DNA of 64,000 bases from Patescibacteria group bacterium (GCA_038062895.1 JBBTWJ010000006.1:48862-112861); one strand, 5' to 3'; shown: positions 26,528 to 36,245, counted from the first letter of the stretch. Program-made: numbers and translations. Notes: a model not told the origin generated them from the letters alone.

Positions 26528-29500
26528 GGACTTAACCGCATTTTTCTGTGTTCTATGAGCTTGCCGGAAGGATCAAACTCAAATACTTTTTGATTTCTGG
26601 ATTCATAGTCTACGGCATCAAAAGCAGCAGACACCGTAGGCCAGCTGAATACGCGTATGGTGGGATTACGGAATACAAGCCATAACGCGTCCGGAATGCC
26701 CACGGGGAATACCCATGCTTCCCCCAAGCGGATCGGCACGTTTACAAAATGAAATTCCATGGGTTCGCTCTTCCAATAGTCTTCGTACGCCCCATCCATC
26801 TCCACGACAAATTTCCGGGATACTTCCCCGGCGTCATACCAATCGTTTTGCATTTGCTGATGCTGGATAAGCTGCAGGAGGCCCCATGAACATGAAACGA
26901 TGACAACGATTAATACTGCTATCATCCGCCCGTTCCCTAGGAGAAACTGGTACATCTTTTTCAGTATATACACCCCCAAAAGCGCTACCGCTACGGAGGA
27001 GAGATAGCTATACCGTGATGTCATATTCCCCAAACCGATAAATGGCGAAAGTGCGATAAGAAAAAATCCAATACCAAAGAGCCATATTCTTCTGTCTTCT
27101 TTGCCGATCATCCCTCCGTATTTCTTCCACACCCGAACAGCCATGAAACTTATCAGAATGAAAACAAGAGCCGAGGCCATCATATGAGTTTTTGCTGCAT
27201 TTCGGACGACCTGAACGAGAGACAATGAAAGTGGACCCAGAAGTCCGAGAAACGCATACCCAACACTATTGCCGACTACATTAAACGGCAGTTTGGCAAA
27301 ATTATAATTATAATCCCCGCTTAACCAATGGCTGGAAGCTAAATACCGCACCGCCAAATAGATAGGCATCGGAGCAAATAATATGGCATACCACGCATTT
27401 CCCACCCGTCGACGAAATTCCTCCCAACCCTGCATCGCAAACGTATACAAGAGATAAAACAATGGCGTCACGATTCCCAATTCATGAAATAACAGAGACA
27501 ACGTAAAGCATGCGATGGTCAACAGAAAATAGACCCGTTTACCGTTTTCCGTCCAAGCTATATACCATAAAAGACTCGACAGAGAAAAAAATGCAGTAAA
27601 CAGAAATCCCGTTGCTGATACCCAAAATATTGGCTCACTATGCCCGCTAAGCATCAGGAACGCGACGGATGTTAGGGCGGAAAGCAATAAATTCCTTAGC
27701 ACTTTCCTCGCTAGGATAAAAACGAGGAGTGCCACGCCAAAATGGAGCAAAAGCGACACGTTATGATAGACGCTTTGATTGAGCCAAAATACTGAATACA
27801 TGGTGAGAAAATAAATTTTCGCACCCGGCCGGTAGAAAAATCCCTGCGCCTGGGTAAAATAACGTGTTATGGTCCCCACATTGAGGTTACACCGCTCCCC
27901 CGCCGCACTCACGGCCGTCCCACAATCTGCAGCCCAACGAAACCACGTAAAATCATCTCCCACAAAATTATTACGTGACATGGACGAATACAAAACGACG
28001 GTAAGAATGAATAAATATATGGCGATGGCAACCGGAGACAAGAGGACTGACTTGAACAATGTATATAAATCCGCGGGTTTGCGCCCATAAAGCCCCAACG
28101 TCCCGAGCGTAACTCCCAACAACATCCACAGCGTAAAAGCGACCTTTGATGCTTCAAAAACATCGATGAAAAAAGCGTTAATTGCCAAACCTCCCACCCC
28201 GGCGGCCAACCCGATGATGAAGCTTCGGGTTTTATGATCATTGACCAAGGGTAATGTCTTCCAAATATAAATTGTGGTTATAACAAAAATTGCCAAGAAT
28301 GTGCTAAATCCCAATAATCCCACCTCTGCTAACATGCGCAGATAACTATTATCCACAGCCAGTCCTACCGACCCATACCCGCTTCCAAAAAAGATGTTTC
28401 TCCTGAATGTGTCCATGGCTCTGGGCCATTCCCCCTGAAATCTGGTCGTAAACGATAAATCATAGGCAAATACCTTTTTAACCAAGAAATCACCATTGAT
28501 GATGAATACTTCCGCTGACGTCGTAGCTATCTTTGGAATGGGTTCATAGTAAAAATGTCCAAGCTTGCGGATGACGGGCGAAAGGGCAAGATTGATATAT
28601 CCCGTGCCCTGCGGTAAATTCTCGCCGTTTGGCGCATTCGGCTCGATGAAGAGCACCGGATCCGCTTCGATCCGCGTGTAGGGAATGACCAGGACAGCGG
28701 CGGGACTGGCGTGGTTATAGAGATCGGAAACAGTCGTACTAAATGCCTGCCTGACCGTCTTTGGGACAAAGTAGCTATTGGGTACATTCGTCGAGTGGCC
28801 CACCGCTTCTCCTGTGGTAGCATCCACTAAAACCTCGACTTCCTTGACCGTACTGGTAAACCGATCCATGATACTCGGTGAGACGCTCACCATGATCAAC
28901 GCGCCAAATATGATGATAGGAAGAGAAATAAGCACAAGCTTTTTCTTCTGCACAAATACGATAATTCCGACAACTCCGACAAGCGCGAACAATGAAATTC
29001 TGGAAACCGTCATTACCATGACAACCAGCCCCAATAGTGAAGCTGCAGCCAACGCGATCCGCCCGAACCAATTTCTGATACCAAACATCATGCTCACGAG
29101 TATCGGAAGAACAAGCACTAAGTATGCCGCCAAATCATAATGCCCACCAAATGTGGAGGAGACACGGGAGAGTCCCGATAACCGTATCGGAATCCCCTTT
29201 GCAAACTCCTCGTTCATGGTTAAAAATGCAGGGAACCCCACATACTTCTGCCCAATCCCGTAGAGCGTCACTCCTAGGACCGTGACGGCCAACATGACCG
29301 TAACCCACAGGATAAATCGTTTGTCGCGCATGGCACTGTACACAACAAAAAATAAACTCATATATTCGATGCGACGGAGCATACTCAAAAAGGCCACATT
29401 GCCCTGTATATTTCCCAAGGCAGAAAAAATGAATAACAGCCCGTGGATGGTCGACACTGCGCCGATCGCCCAAAAGAGTAATATGGGAAGAGTGAGCGGA

Positions 29501-29706
29501 GTGTTGAAACTGTTTTTGCGCCGGAGAGACGCGATCCCCCAAATCAAAAGAACAAAAACTACTACAAAATCTTCAACACGGACATATACCCACGTATGTT
29601 TGACATCCAGAAGAGGAATTTTGGGGTACAATGGTATAAACGCCAGAAGCGCCAGGGTAAAGAGAAATAACACGTTTGCTTTACAAAACTGAAAGAGCTT
29701 CTTCAT
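26524..29706 (-). CDS. large polytopic membrane protein: O-antigen ligase/polymerase (Wzy_C)-like N-terminal region fused to a second GT-C-like membrane domain
   Basis: 1060 aa; >20 predicted TM segments; N-terminal 550 aa resembles O-antigen ligase-like proteins (large periplasmic loop, RSFIIGLAAGVGGLAINAFF); C-terminal 500 aa is a further multi-TM domain with extracytoplasmic tail. Confidence 0.55.
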   Translation of the reverse strand: MKKLFQFCKANVLFLFTLALLAFIPLYPKIPLLDVKHTWVYVRVEDFVVVFVLLIWGIASLRRKNSFNTPLTLPILLFWAIGAVSTIHGLLFIFSALGNIQGNVAFLSMLRRIEYMSLFFVVYSAMRDKRFILWVTVMLAVTVLGVTLYGIGQKYVGFPAFLTMNEEFAKGIPIRLSGLSRVSSTFGGHYDLAAYLVLVLPILVSMMFGIRNWFGRIALAAASLLGLVVMVMTVSRISLFALVGVVGIIVFVQKKKLVLISLPIIIFGALIMVSVSPSIMDRFTSTVKEVEVLVDATTGEAVGHSTNVPNSYFVPKTVRQAFSTTVSDLYNHASPAAVLVIPYTRIEADPVLFIEPNAPNGENLPQGTGYINLALSPVIRKLGHFYYEPIPKIATTSAEVFIINGDFLVKKVFAYDLSFTTRFQGEWPRAMDTFRRNIFFGSGYGSVGLAVDNSYLRMLAEVGLLGFSTFLAIFVITTIYIWKTLPLVNDHKTRSFIIGLAAGVGGLAINAFFIDVFEASKVAFTLWMLLGVTLGTLGLYGRKPADLYTLFKSVLLSPVAIAIYLFILTVVLYSSMSRNNFVGDDFTWFRWAADCGTAVSAAGERCNLNVGTITRYFTQAQGFFYRPGAKIYFLTMYSVFWLNQSVYHNVSLLLHFGVALLVFILARKVLRNLLLSALTSVAFLMLSGHSEPIFWVSATGFLFTAFFSLSSLLWYIAWTENGKRVYFLLTIACFTLSLLFHELGIVTPLFYLLYTFAMQGWEEFRRRVGNAWYAILFAPMPIYLAVRYLASSHWLSGDYNYNFAKLPFNVVGNSVGYAFLGLLGPLSLSLVQVVRNAAKTHMMASALVFILISFMAVRVWKKYGGMIGKEDRRIWLFGIGFFLIALSPFIGLGNMTSRYSYLSSVAVALLGVYILKKMYQFLLGNGRMIAVLIVVIVSCSWGLLQLIQHQQMQNDWYDAGEVSRKFVVEMDGAYEDYWKSEPMEFHFVNVPIRLGEAWVFPVGIPDALWLVFRNPTIRVFSWPTVSAAFDAVDYESRNQKVFEFDPSGKLIEHRKMRLSP

Positions 29707-30568
29707 ATGTTCGAATGATAGTTGGCTTCCCTATCATACGCCCCAAAAGGATCGCTGCCAAGGCTTTTGCCCGGAGCATGCCTCGTAAAACTTCTCCTGC
29801 CAATGGACTGTGGTGCTTCTTATAAAAATAAACCAGTCCCTTATAAATATTTACCACAGGCGTACGCCGCTCCCCGCTGCTTGCCGCACCCGTATGGATA
29901 CATTGCGCCTCTGCTACAAAAAACGCCATGTACCCCTTTTCTTTTGCCCTGTACAAAAGCTCTATTTCTTCCATATACATGAAGATTCTCTCATCAAAAA
30001 ATCCGAGATCGGTAAACGCCGATTTGCGCCCCATGAGGCAGGCCCCTGATACCCAATCCACGCGTTGCGTTTGATCGGGAGAATATCGCGTAGCACCCCA
30101 ATAGTCACCCTTGGCAAATAACATGAGAGCCGCGACCGGAAGAGAAAAAAACGGTCCGCAGGAAGGCTGTAGGGAACCATCTTCATTAAAAAGTTTCCCG
30201 CCCGCAAACACCTTATCTTTATCTTTCACAAACCGATACAACACGCCAATCGCATCGTTTTGGACAACTATGTCAGAATTTAATAAAAGCACATGCGTTC
30301 CTCTTGCTTTATGTAATGCCTGATTATTTGCTTTACCATAGCCCACATTAACTTTATTGCATACTAAATGTACTTGAGGAAATTTGTTCCTCACTAACTC
30401 TGGCGAACCGTCTCCTGACGCGTTATCAACCACGATGACTTCATAAAGGATATGGGAACTCTTAAGACTCACAAAAATTGAAGTCAGACATCGCTCAAGA
30501 AGCGCACGTGTGTTGTAGCTGGGGATGATAATAGAGAGATCCATGAAGTCACTGAAACAGTCTCGCAA
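29681..30568 (-). CDS. glycosyltransferase family 2 (GT-A); probable start Met at 30544
   Basis: 295 aa; MDLSIIIPSYNTRALLERCL...VVDNASGDGS, DxD-like LLLNSDIVV. Confidence 0.85.
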   Translation of the reverse strand: MRDCFSDFMDLSIIIPSYNTRALLERCLTSIFVSLKSSHILYEVIVVDNASGDGSPELVRNKFPQVHLVCNKVNVGYGKANNQALHKARGTHVLLLNSDIVVQNDAIGVLYRFVKDKDKVFAGGKLFNEDGSLQPSCGPFFSLPVAALMLFAKGDYWGATRYSPDQTQRVDWVSGACLMGRKSAFTDLGFFDERIFMYMEEIELLYRAKEKGYMAFFVAEAQCIHTGAASSGERRTPVVNIYKGLVYFYKKHHSPLAGEVLRGMLRAKALAAILLGRMIGKPTIIRTYEEALSVL

Positions 30569-31148
30569 ACTTTAATGTATAGCGCAAATCCTTAGAACGG
30601 TACCTGATGTGCTTGGCGGGTACTCCCCCGACCAGGCTATACGGCTCTACATCATGAGTCACTACCGCTCCACTTCCCACTACTGCTCCGCGGCCAATTA
30701 TGACACCAGGAAGTATTGTTACCCGCGTCCCAATCACCACGTAGTCATCAATCACCACATTACCCTCTACCTCTTGGAAACCTGGGTTGTCGATATCATG
30801 CTGCATGGTGAAAATCCTCACTTCACCGGCGATTGAAACATTATTGCCAATGCGAATCGGTCGCCTTTTCGGCCACAAAAACTCACTCCCATACGTCACA
30901 AGGTTCCTCTTGCCACCCTCCCACTGACGGGAGAACCGTCCGTCCAGAAATGCATCATTGCCAATGATCGTGTTCTGCCCGATCTCTACTCCTGAAGGCA
31001 AGTTAAACTCTGCCCGCCAATGGATAGAACTGTCCTGCCCGATTTTCATCCGAAAAAAATACCGGTAAAGAAAAAGCCGTATGGTATGGCTGGGAATTCT
31101 CCCGGTGAGCGTACATAAAAATACCCAGAAGTCGATGAGTATACGCAT
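30549..31148 (-). CDS. hexapeptide-repeat (LbH) acyltransferase, WcaF-like sugar O-acetyltransferase
   Basis: 199 aa; N-terminal WcaF-like segment then hexapeptide repeats (IGNNVSIAGEVRIF...IGTRVTILPGVIIGRGAVVGSGAVV). Confidence 0.75.
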   Translation of the reverse strand: MRILIDFWVFLCTLTGRIPSHTIRLFLYRYFFRMKIGQDSSIHWRAEFNLPSGVEIGQNTIIGNDAFLDGRFSRQWEGGKRNLVTYGSEFLWPKRRPIRIGNNVSIAGEVRIFTMQHDIDNPGFQEVEGNVVIDDYVVIGTRVTILPGVIIGRGAVVGSGAVVTHDVEPYSLVGGVPAKHIRYRSKDLRYTLKFARLFQ

Positions 31149-31251
31149 ATGTTTTGTAGTTAGTAGTTAGTAGTTGGTCCCTCGGCTCCGCTCGGGATCC
31201 TGAGCTTGTCGAAGGATAGTTGGTAGTATATTACCCACTAATCACTAATCA

Positions 31252-32406
31252 CTACTCCCTACCTGCTACCTCTTCCAACACCTCCAACGTTTTCCTTGCT
31301 GCATGTTCCCACGTAAACTTTTTCACCTGCTCAAGTCCTTTTTTCAACCGCCAACGTCCTTGCATCAGATTTCGCTCTCGCACCGCAGCGAGAAGCCCCC
31401 TTGTAATACTCTCTGTATTCTCGGGATCCACATACACTGCTGCTTTCCCCGCTATCTCCGGCAGGCTGGAAACGTTACTCACGACGACAGGAACATTCTT
31501 CGCCATCGCCTCCAGAACCGGTAGTCCAAATCCTTCATAAAGGCTGGGGAGAGCAAAACAAAGTGCTTGTTCATAGAGCCTCGTGAGATCTTCATCCGGA
31601 ACAAAATCCAAAAATTTTACCCGGTCCGCGATCCCCAACTGCGCCGGTGCTGCCAAGATCTCTTCATAAAGCCAGCCCTTCTTTCCCACAATCACCAAAT
31701 CAATATCTCCAAACCGCTGCTTATTTGTGCTCAAGAATCCACTAAATGCCTCGATTAGGCGCACATAATTCTTCCGTGGCTGAAGCGTCCCCACAGACAG
31801 AATATAGTTTTTTGAAATATGATATTTTTCTTGTACATTTGCTTTCTGTTTTTTGCTATTTGATACTTCTGTCATAGTCAATCCCGGATACGTCACCATC
31901 ACATTCTCCGGCGTAACCCCGTAGGCTTTGATTATAGCATTCTTAGTAAACTCACTGATGGTGAGTATCCGCCTCGCGTGTGCGGCAGAATATGCCGTCC
32001 AGTGTGTAAGCTGGTAGAGGTCATCAGATCGAAAAAGTTCTGGGTAATGGAGGTACGATACGTCCATGATGGACATAACCCGAGGGATGCCGATGAACCT
32101 TGGGATATAATGCGTCGGAGTAAATACCACATCAGCTTGAGGCTGATCAACCATCAAAGCTAATGGCAAACGGAATAAGGTCCAAAATTTCTTTGGGGAA
32201 AGCACATGGTAGCGCCACCAATCTGTCTCGACAGGCATGTCCGGAAGCGGTGCACTCGGAAGATAGATTCTAAAATTGTGATGAGGGATGCCTGATGCGG
32301 GATGGGAGGATAAAAGATAGAGATGTTTGAGGATCTCATACGCATATCGGCCTATTCCGACACGCTCTCTAACGTTTGCTTCATAGCCGTCTATTGCAAC
32401 GATCAT
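31252..32406 (-). CDS. glycosyltransferase family 4 (GT-B)
   Basis: 384 aa; MIVAIDGYEANVRERVGIGRYAYE N-domain; C-domain EGFGLPVLEAMA. Confidence 0.85.
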   Translation of the reverse strand: MIVAIDGYEANVRERVGIGRYAYEILKHLYLLSSHPASGIPHHNFRIYLPSAPLPDMPVETDWWRYHVLSPKKFWTLFRLPLALMVDQPQADVVFTPTHYIPRFIGIPRVMSIMDVSYLHYPELFRSDDLYQLTHWTAYSAAHARRILTISEFTKNAIIKAYGVTPENVMVTYPGLTMTEVSNSKKQKANVQEKYHISKNYILSVGTLQPRKNYVRLIEAFSGFLSTNKQRFGDIDLVIVGKKGWLYEEILAAPAQLGIADRVKFLDFVPDEDLTRLYEQALCFALPSLYEGFGLPVLEAMAKNVPVVVSNVSSLPEIAGKAAVYVDPENTESITRGLLAAVRERNLMQGRWRLKKGLEQVKKFTWEHAARKTLEVLEEVAGRE

Positions 32407-32584
32407 CCAGGTAGTAGATTTTCAGGAAAAACGCCGCCCCAGAGAGATATTCTCTTAGTCGACGCCTAAACAATCTTCCTCATTAACTGGTATTAAAATT
32501 ACTTTCTCGGCGTTTTGCATATATTATTCTCATCAGGTAGCAGAAGCTTCGCTTCACCACCTGATTCTGAAAATTCACTACCTG
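32407..32584. repeat. 178-bp non-coding segment bounded by 19-bp inverted repeats (leader-motif pair), between a truncated and a full-length GT4 gene
   Basis: ccaggtagtagattttcag (32407-32425) vs ctgaaaattcactacctgg (32566-32584), 17/19 complementary; internal 9-bp inverted repeat aaaacgccg/cggcgtttt (32430-32438/32502-32510). Confidence 0.6.
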
Positions 32585-32585
32585 G

Positions 32586-33131
32586 TCATACGTATCCCGG
32601 ATAAACAACCTGTAATCTACTATCGCGTATATTCAATAATTCACTCACATCTTTCCTCGTGGCCTCGGAATCGCAAAGAATGGCTTTACATTCCTGTTTC
32701 ACCCAAGCAAGACGCCTCTTTTGCACATCAACGATAGTCTTTGCAAATGTTTCCGGATATCGAAGAAAACCTACATCGTGAATCGTCGTGATCCCCCGGG
32801 CATGGACAAGAGGCGGCTGAATCCAATCGCTACTCCAAAATACATCTATTTCACCCACAAACCATTCTATCGGCATGATATGAAGCCAATTCCACAAAAA
32901 TTCAAGAAGTGTCGGAGGAATCGGGAAAGCTGCCAACCGAACGCGGGGATTGACAACACGGACCTCTTCAAAATATTCAGTAAAACGAGATAGCTTCCTC
33001 AACGAAGCCCCAAAAAGAACATATTCGTTCTGCTCGTCCATTTTGAGGAGCGCTCCCACGAGATGCTTCACATATACGCCGACACCGGTTCCTTCGTGGA
33101 CGATCTGGCTGATATCGATACCAATCTTCAT
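32586..33131 (-). pseudogene. truncated GT4 glycosyltransferase (N-terminal domain only, 181 aa)
   Basis: MKIGIDISQIVHEGTGVGVYVKHL is paralogous to the N-termini of the GT4 genes at 31252-32406 and 21781-22941 but the ORF stops after the N-domain (ends VVYPGYV); no C-terminal Glycos_transf_1 domain follows. Confidence 0.55.
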
Positions 33132-33183
33132 AAAAAGTAGTAAGCAAGTGAAAATTTCGTATCTACCAACTACAAACTACTAC

Positions 33184-34158
33184 CTACCAGCTTTTTTTAC
33201 TGTGCCATTTCCATGCAGACCCAATAATAGTTTCTAGCTCCGAATATTCAGGTGTCCATCCGAGAACCTTTTTCGCTTTCTGATTATCCGCCCAAAGTTT
33301 AGCCGGGTCACCTGGCCTACGTGCCGCAAATGAGCGGGCCACTTTCCTTCCTGTCACGCGCTCAATAGTATCTAAGACCTCCAGATTGCTATATCCTTTA
33401 CCGACCCCGAGGTTAAGCGCAACAGACTCGCCCCCCTGGGCGAGGTACTGCGCGGCCTGAATGTGCGCTTGGGCAAGATCGACAATATGAATGTAATCCC
33501 GGATACACGTACCATCTGGCGTTTCGTAATCATTGCCATACACCTCAAAGTGATCCCGTTTGCCCTGTGCTACCTCAAGGGCAATAGGAATAATATGTGA
33601 TTCCCGTTTATGGGCCTCTCCTAGGCTTCCATCAGGCATAGCGCCAGCGGCATTAAAATATCGTAAGCATACGGAACGCGTGTGGTAAATGCGCCCGTAC
33701 CACTCAATCATTTCCTCTACCATACGTTTGCTGGAACCATACACCGATACCGGTGCGATATGCGCGCTCTCCATGACCGGAACCTGGTCGGGATACCCAT
33801 AAACCGCGCTCGTCGAAGAAAAAATGATGGGCGGATTCCCATGAAGCCTCACCGCTTCGAGTAAATTCAGACCGCCCCGGAGATTATTATCATAATATTC
33901 ATAGGGCTTTTCCATGGACTCTCCGGCGAGCGAATATGCAGCAAAATGAATAACCGCGTCAAACGATTCAGAGGCAAGTGCCCGATCAATATCCTCGCTG
34001 TTTCGAAGGTCCCCCACAATAAGCTTCGTATCCCCGACGGCCAGTTTATGCCCTAGCGAAAGGTTGTCAAACACGACCGTTTCATATCCCTGCTGCTTTA
34101 AAATTGCATTGGTAACAGAACCAATATATCCGGCGCCGCCGGTAATAAGAACTTTCAT
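33184..34158 (-). CDS. galE: UDP-glucose 4-epimerase
   Basis: 324 aa; MKVLITGGAGYIGS Rossmann motif, catalytic S..YxxxK (YGSSK) and strong overall GalE similarity. Confidence 0.85.
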   Translation of the reverse strand: MKVLITGGAGYIGSVTNAILKQQGYETVVFDNLSLGHKLAVGDTKLIVGDLRNSEDIDRALASESFDAVIHFAAYSLAGESMEKPYEYYDNNLRGGLNLLEAVRLHGNPPIIFSSTSAVYGYPDQVPVMESAHIAPVSVYGSSKRMVEEMIEWYGRIYHTRSVCLRYFNAAGAMPDGSLGEAHKRESHIIPIALEVAQGKRDHFEVYGNDYETPDGTCIRDYIHIVDLAQAHIQAAQYLAQGGESVALNLGVGKGYSNLEVLDTIERVTGRKVARSFAARRPGDPAKLWADNQKAKKVLGWTPEYSELETIIGSAWKWHSKKSW

Positions 34159-34163
34159 GATTA

Positions 34164-34385
34164 TTATTGTACCTTATGCGGCCGGAGGAGTGAAATGAGG
34201 ATAAATATGAGGAAGTAGGCCGCCCCGTACCACGTCAACCGCTCTGCGGTAAAGAACGTCCAGGTAGCAAACAAAGGCATAGCCGCAATGAGGCACGCAA
34301 GTCCCACCCAAATGAATATAATCGGACGCCTAAGCGAGAAGAGAACGGCAAGAAGAATAAGAAATCCTACGTCTTGTGGTTTCAT
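34164..34385 (-). CDS. small hypothetical membrane protein (2 TM)
   Basis: 73 aa, two hydrophobic helices; overlaps downstream gene start by 4 nt. Confidence 0.4.
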   Translation of the reverse strand: MKPQDVGFLILLAVLFSLRRPIIFIWVGLACLIAAMPLFATWTFFTAERLTWYGAAYFLIFILISLLRPHKVQ

Positions 34386-34990
34386 GAAGGATTCGTTTTT
34401 CGATCCTCTGGGCGCGCTTGGTATTCTTCTATGGTTTGGACGTTCCGTTTAGAAAATTCTATAACTTGAGCAAACACCTGTCGGTCTGCTTCTCCCACCC
34501 GGCTCATGAGTACACCCAAAACTTCCTGATGCTTGGCTGCTGCGGTCTTAAGTTTCGTAAAAAACGCCTCATCCTGCTTATCGGTTAGGCGATACAGCTC
34601 ATACGTGAGAAGCGTATTATTGTGCTCGGCTTTCAAAGCAGTTTCATGGGCAAGAACAATATTATTCTTGTCGACCAACATGGCGGCAGCCAATATGCCT
34701 TTATCTGTTTGCCTAAGATAAAATTCTATTTTTTGGATAGGATCAGTAATGAAATCCGCCGCAAGCCTGTCCCGCAGCACTTTGATTTTATAAAAAGGAT
34801 TATCCGGCAACATACCAGGGAAAGCGAGATCATACTTCACGTACACCGGCGAGGTCGCGGCCCCCATATCCTTCTCCTGTGCATGAGCGGTAGGCACAAC
34901 AAAAAGTGCTATAGAAAAAAGAATGATTGATAAAATCAATGATCTCATGATCGTAAATATCATGCTACCAAACGCTATCAAAAAAGACAA
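34382..34990 (-). CDS. hypothetical secreted/membrane-anchored protein (DUF5667-like)
   Basis: 202 aa; signal-like N-terminal hydrophobic segment ending AHAQE; helical repeats. Confidence 0.4.
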   Translation of the reverse strand: MSFLIAFGSMIFTIMRSLILSIILFSIALFVVPTAHAQEKDMGAATSPVYVKYDLAFPGMLPDNPFYKIKVLRDRLAADFITDPIQKIEFYLRQTDKGILAAAMLVDKNNIVLAHETALKAEHNNTLLTYELYRLTDKQDEAFFTKLKTAAAKHQEVLGVLMSRVGEADRQVFAQVIEFSKRNVQTIEEYQARPEDRKTNPS

Positions 34991-34998
34991 CCACTTCT

Positions 34999-36174
34999 TT
35001 ATATGTGATGGGTTTCAATAAGCCATGTGACCGCGGCGATAACATCCTGGATATCTTTCCGGCTAAGATTGGCACCCAGCGGCAATGACACCGTCCGCCC
35101 GCCGACAAACTCTGCGTGAGGAAACATGTTTTTTTTGAAACCAAAGGTCTTGCGGTAGTACTCATGCAGATGTACGGGATTGAAATGCGCCCCGCTTCCG
35201 ATGTTCATTTTTATGAGCTGATCGATAAAATCATCTCGGGAAATCCGCAATTTCTCAAGACGTAATAGAATTGCGAACAGATGCCGGGCATGCTTTGTGC
35301 CGGTAGACTCCAAGGCTGGTACGATAAGCTCGGGCATATTGCCAAACGCATGCATATACGTTTCCCAATGTTTCTTTCTGATCACCCAATTGGACTCTAC
35401 GCGCGCAAGCTGGTGGATGCCAATCGATGAGGCGATATCGGTCAAATTATATTTAAATCCCGGAGTAACGGCCTCATAATGGCGGTAGTATTTGACACTG
35501 TAGCGCTTATAGGCATCCTGCGAGAGTCCGTGAAGGCTCATGATCCGCATCATCCCAGCAAGCTTCTTGTCATTTGTTGTGACCATCCCTCCTTCGCCGG
35601 TGGCTATATTTTTGGTCACGTAAAACGAAAACACTGTGATGTCGCCGACCGAGCCTATTTTTTCCCCCTTATATCTTGCTTCAGCCGCATGCGCAGCATC
35701 CTCAACCACAAAAAGTTTGTGCCGGCGGGCAAGACCCATGATTGCATCCATATCGCAAGGCCTGCCATGCAGATGGACCGGCAAAATGACTTTTGTTTTT
35801 TTCGTTATCTTTTTTTCTATCTCTTCGGGATCTATGTTCCACGAATCACGATCTACATCAGCAAAGACAGGAGTTGCACCGGAGTGGAGAATGACGTTGA
35901 CCGTGGATACAAACGTGAGCGGTGTCGTAATCACTTCATCCCCGGGACCCACGCCCAACGCTTTGAGGGCAAGATGAAGTCCTGCTGTAGCGGAGTTGAC
36001 GCCAAGCGCGTATTTGGCTTTTGTATAGGTAGCAAAGGCTTTTTCAAATTGCTCCGTTTTCGGCCCCGTACCCCACCAGCCGGACTTAATCGTGTTGACA
36101 ACTTCCGCAATTTCTTGCCTGCCGATAAACGGCTTACCAAAAACTAAAAAATTTTTTCTCTGCGGCTTTTTCAT
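34999..36174 (-). CDS. DegT/DnrJ/EryC1/StrS family PLP-dependent sugar aminotransferase
   Basis: 391 aa; GDEVITTPLTFVSTVN, DAAHA and SFYVTKNIATGEGG (PLP-lysine) motifs. Confidence 0.9.
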   Translation of the reverse strand: MKKPQRKNFLVFGKPFIGRQEIAEVVNTIKSGWWGTGPKTEQFEKAFATYTKAKYALGVNSATAGLHLALKALGVGPGDEVITTPLTFVSTVNVILHSGATPVFADVDRDSWNIDPEEIEKKITKKTKVILPVHLHGRPCDMDAIMGLARRHKLFVVEDAAHAAEARYKGEKIGSVGDITVFSFYVTKNIATGEGGMVTTNDKKLAGMMRIMSLHGLSQDAYKRYSVKYYRHYEAVTPGFKYNLTDIASSIGIHQLARVESNWVIRKKHWETYMHAFGNMPELIVPALESTGTKHARHLFAILLRLEKLRISRDDFIDQLIKMNIGSGAHFNPVHLHEYYRKTFGFKKNMFPHAEFVGGRTVSLPLGANLSRKDIQDVIAAVTWLIETHHI

Positions 36175-36189
36175 GGTTTCGTTTTTTTC

Positions 36190-36225
36190 AAGGTACTACC
36201 TTGCGGGATTGCAAGGTAGTACCTT
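36190..36225. repeat. perfect 14-bp inverted repeat hairpin (aaggtactaccttg-cgggattg-caaggtagtacctt)
   Basis: Read directly; lies in the 71-bp gap between the acetyltransferase stop and aminotransferase start; T-run precedes it on plus strand, no U-tract after the stem on the transcribed (minus) strand. Confidence 0.7.
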
Positions 36226-36245
36226 ATGAAATTACCCAAATGACA

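Noticed and set aside
32407-32584. 178-bp TIR-bounded segment as a bona fide MITE
   Set aside because: A second locus (17926-18058) has the same terminal inverted repeats but an unrelated, shorter core, and in both cases the arm abuts a start codon; this is more consistent with a leader RNA structure than a conserved transposable unit. Left open in findings.
35479-36147. 222-aa plus-strand ORF
   Set aside because: Entirely antisense to the strongly supported DegT aminotransferase gene; no domain signal.
36190-36225. Perfect 14-bp hairpin as a Rho-independent terminator for the acetyltransferase gene
   Set aside because: On the transcribed (minus) strand the stem is followed by an A-run rather than a U-tract; the T-run is on the wrong side. 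Kept as a repeat/structural element only.
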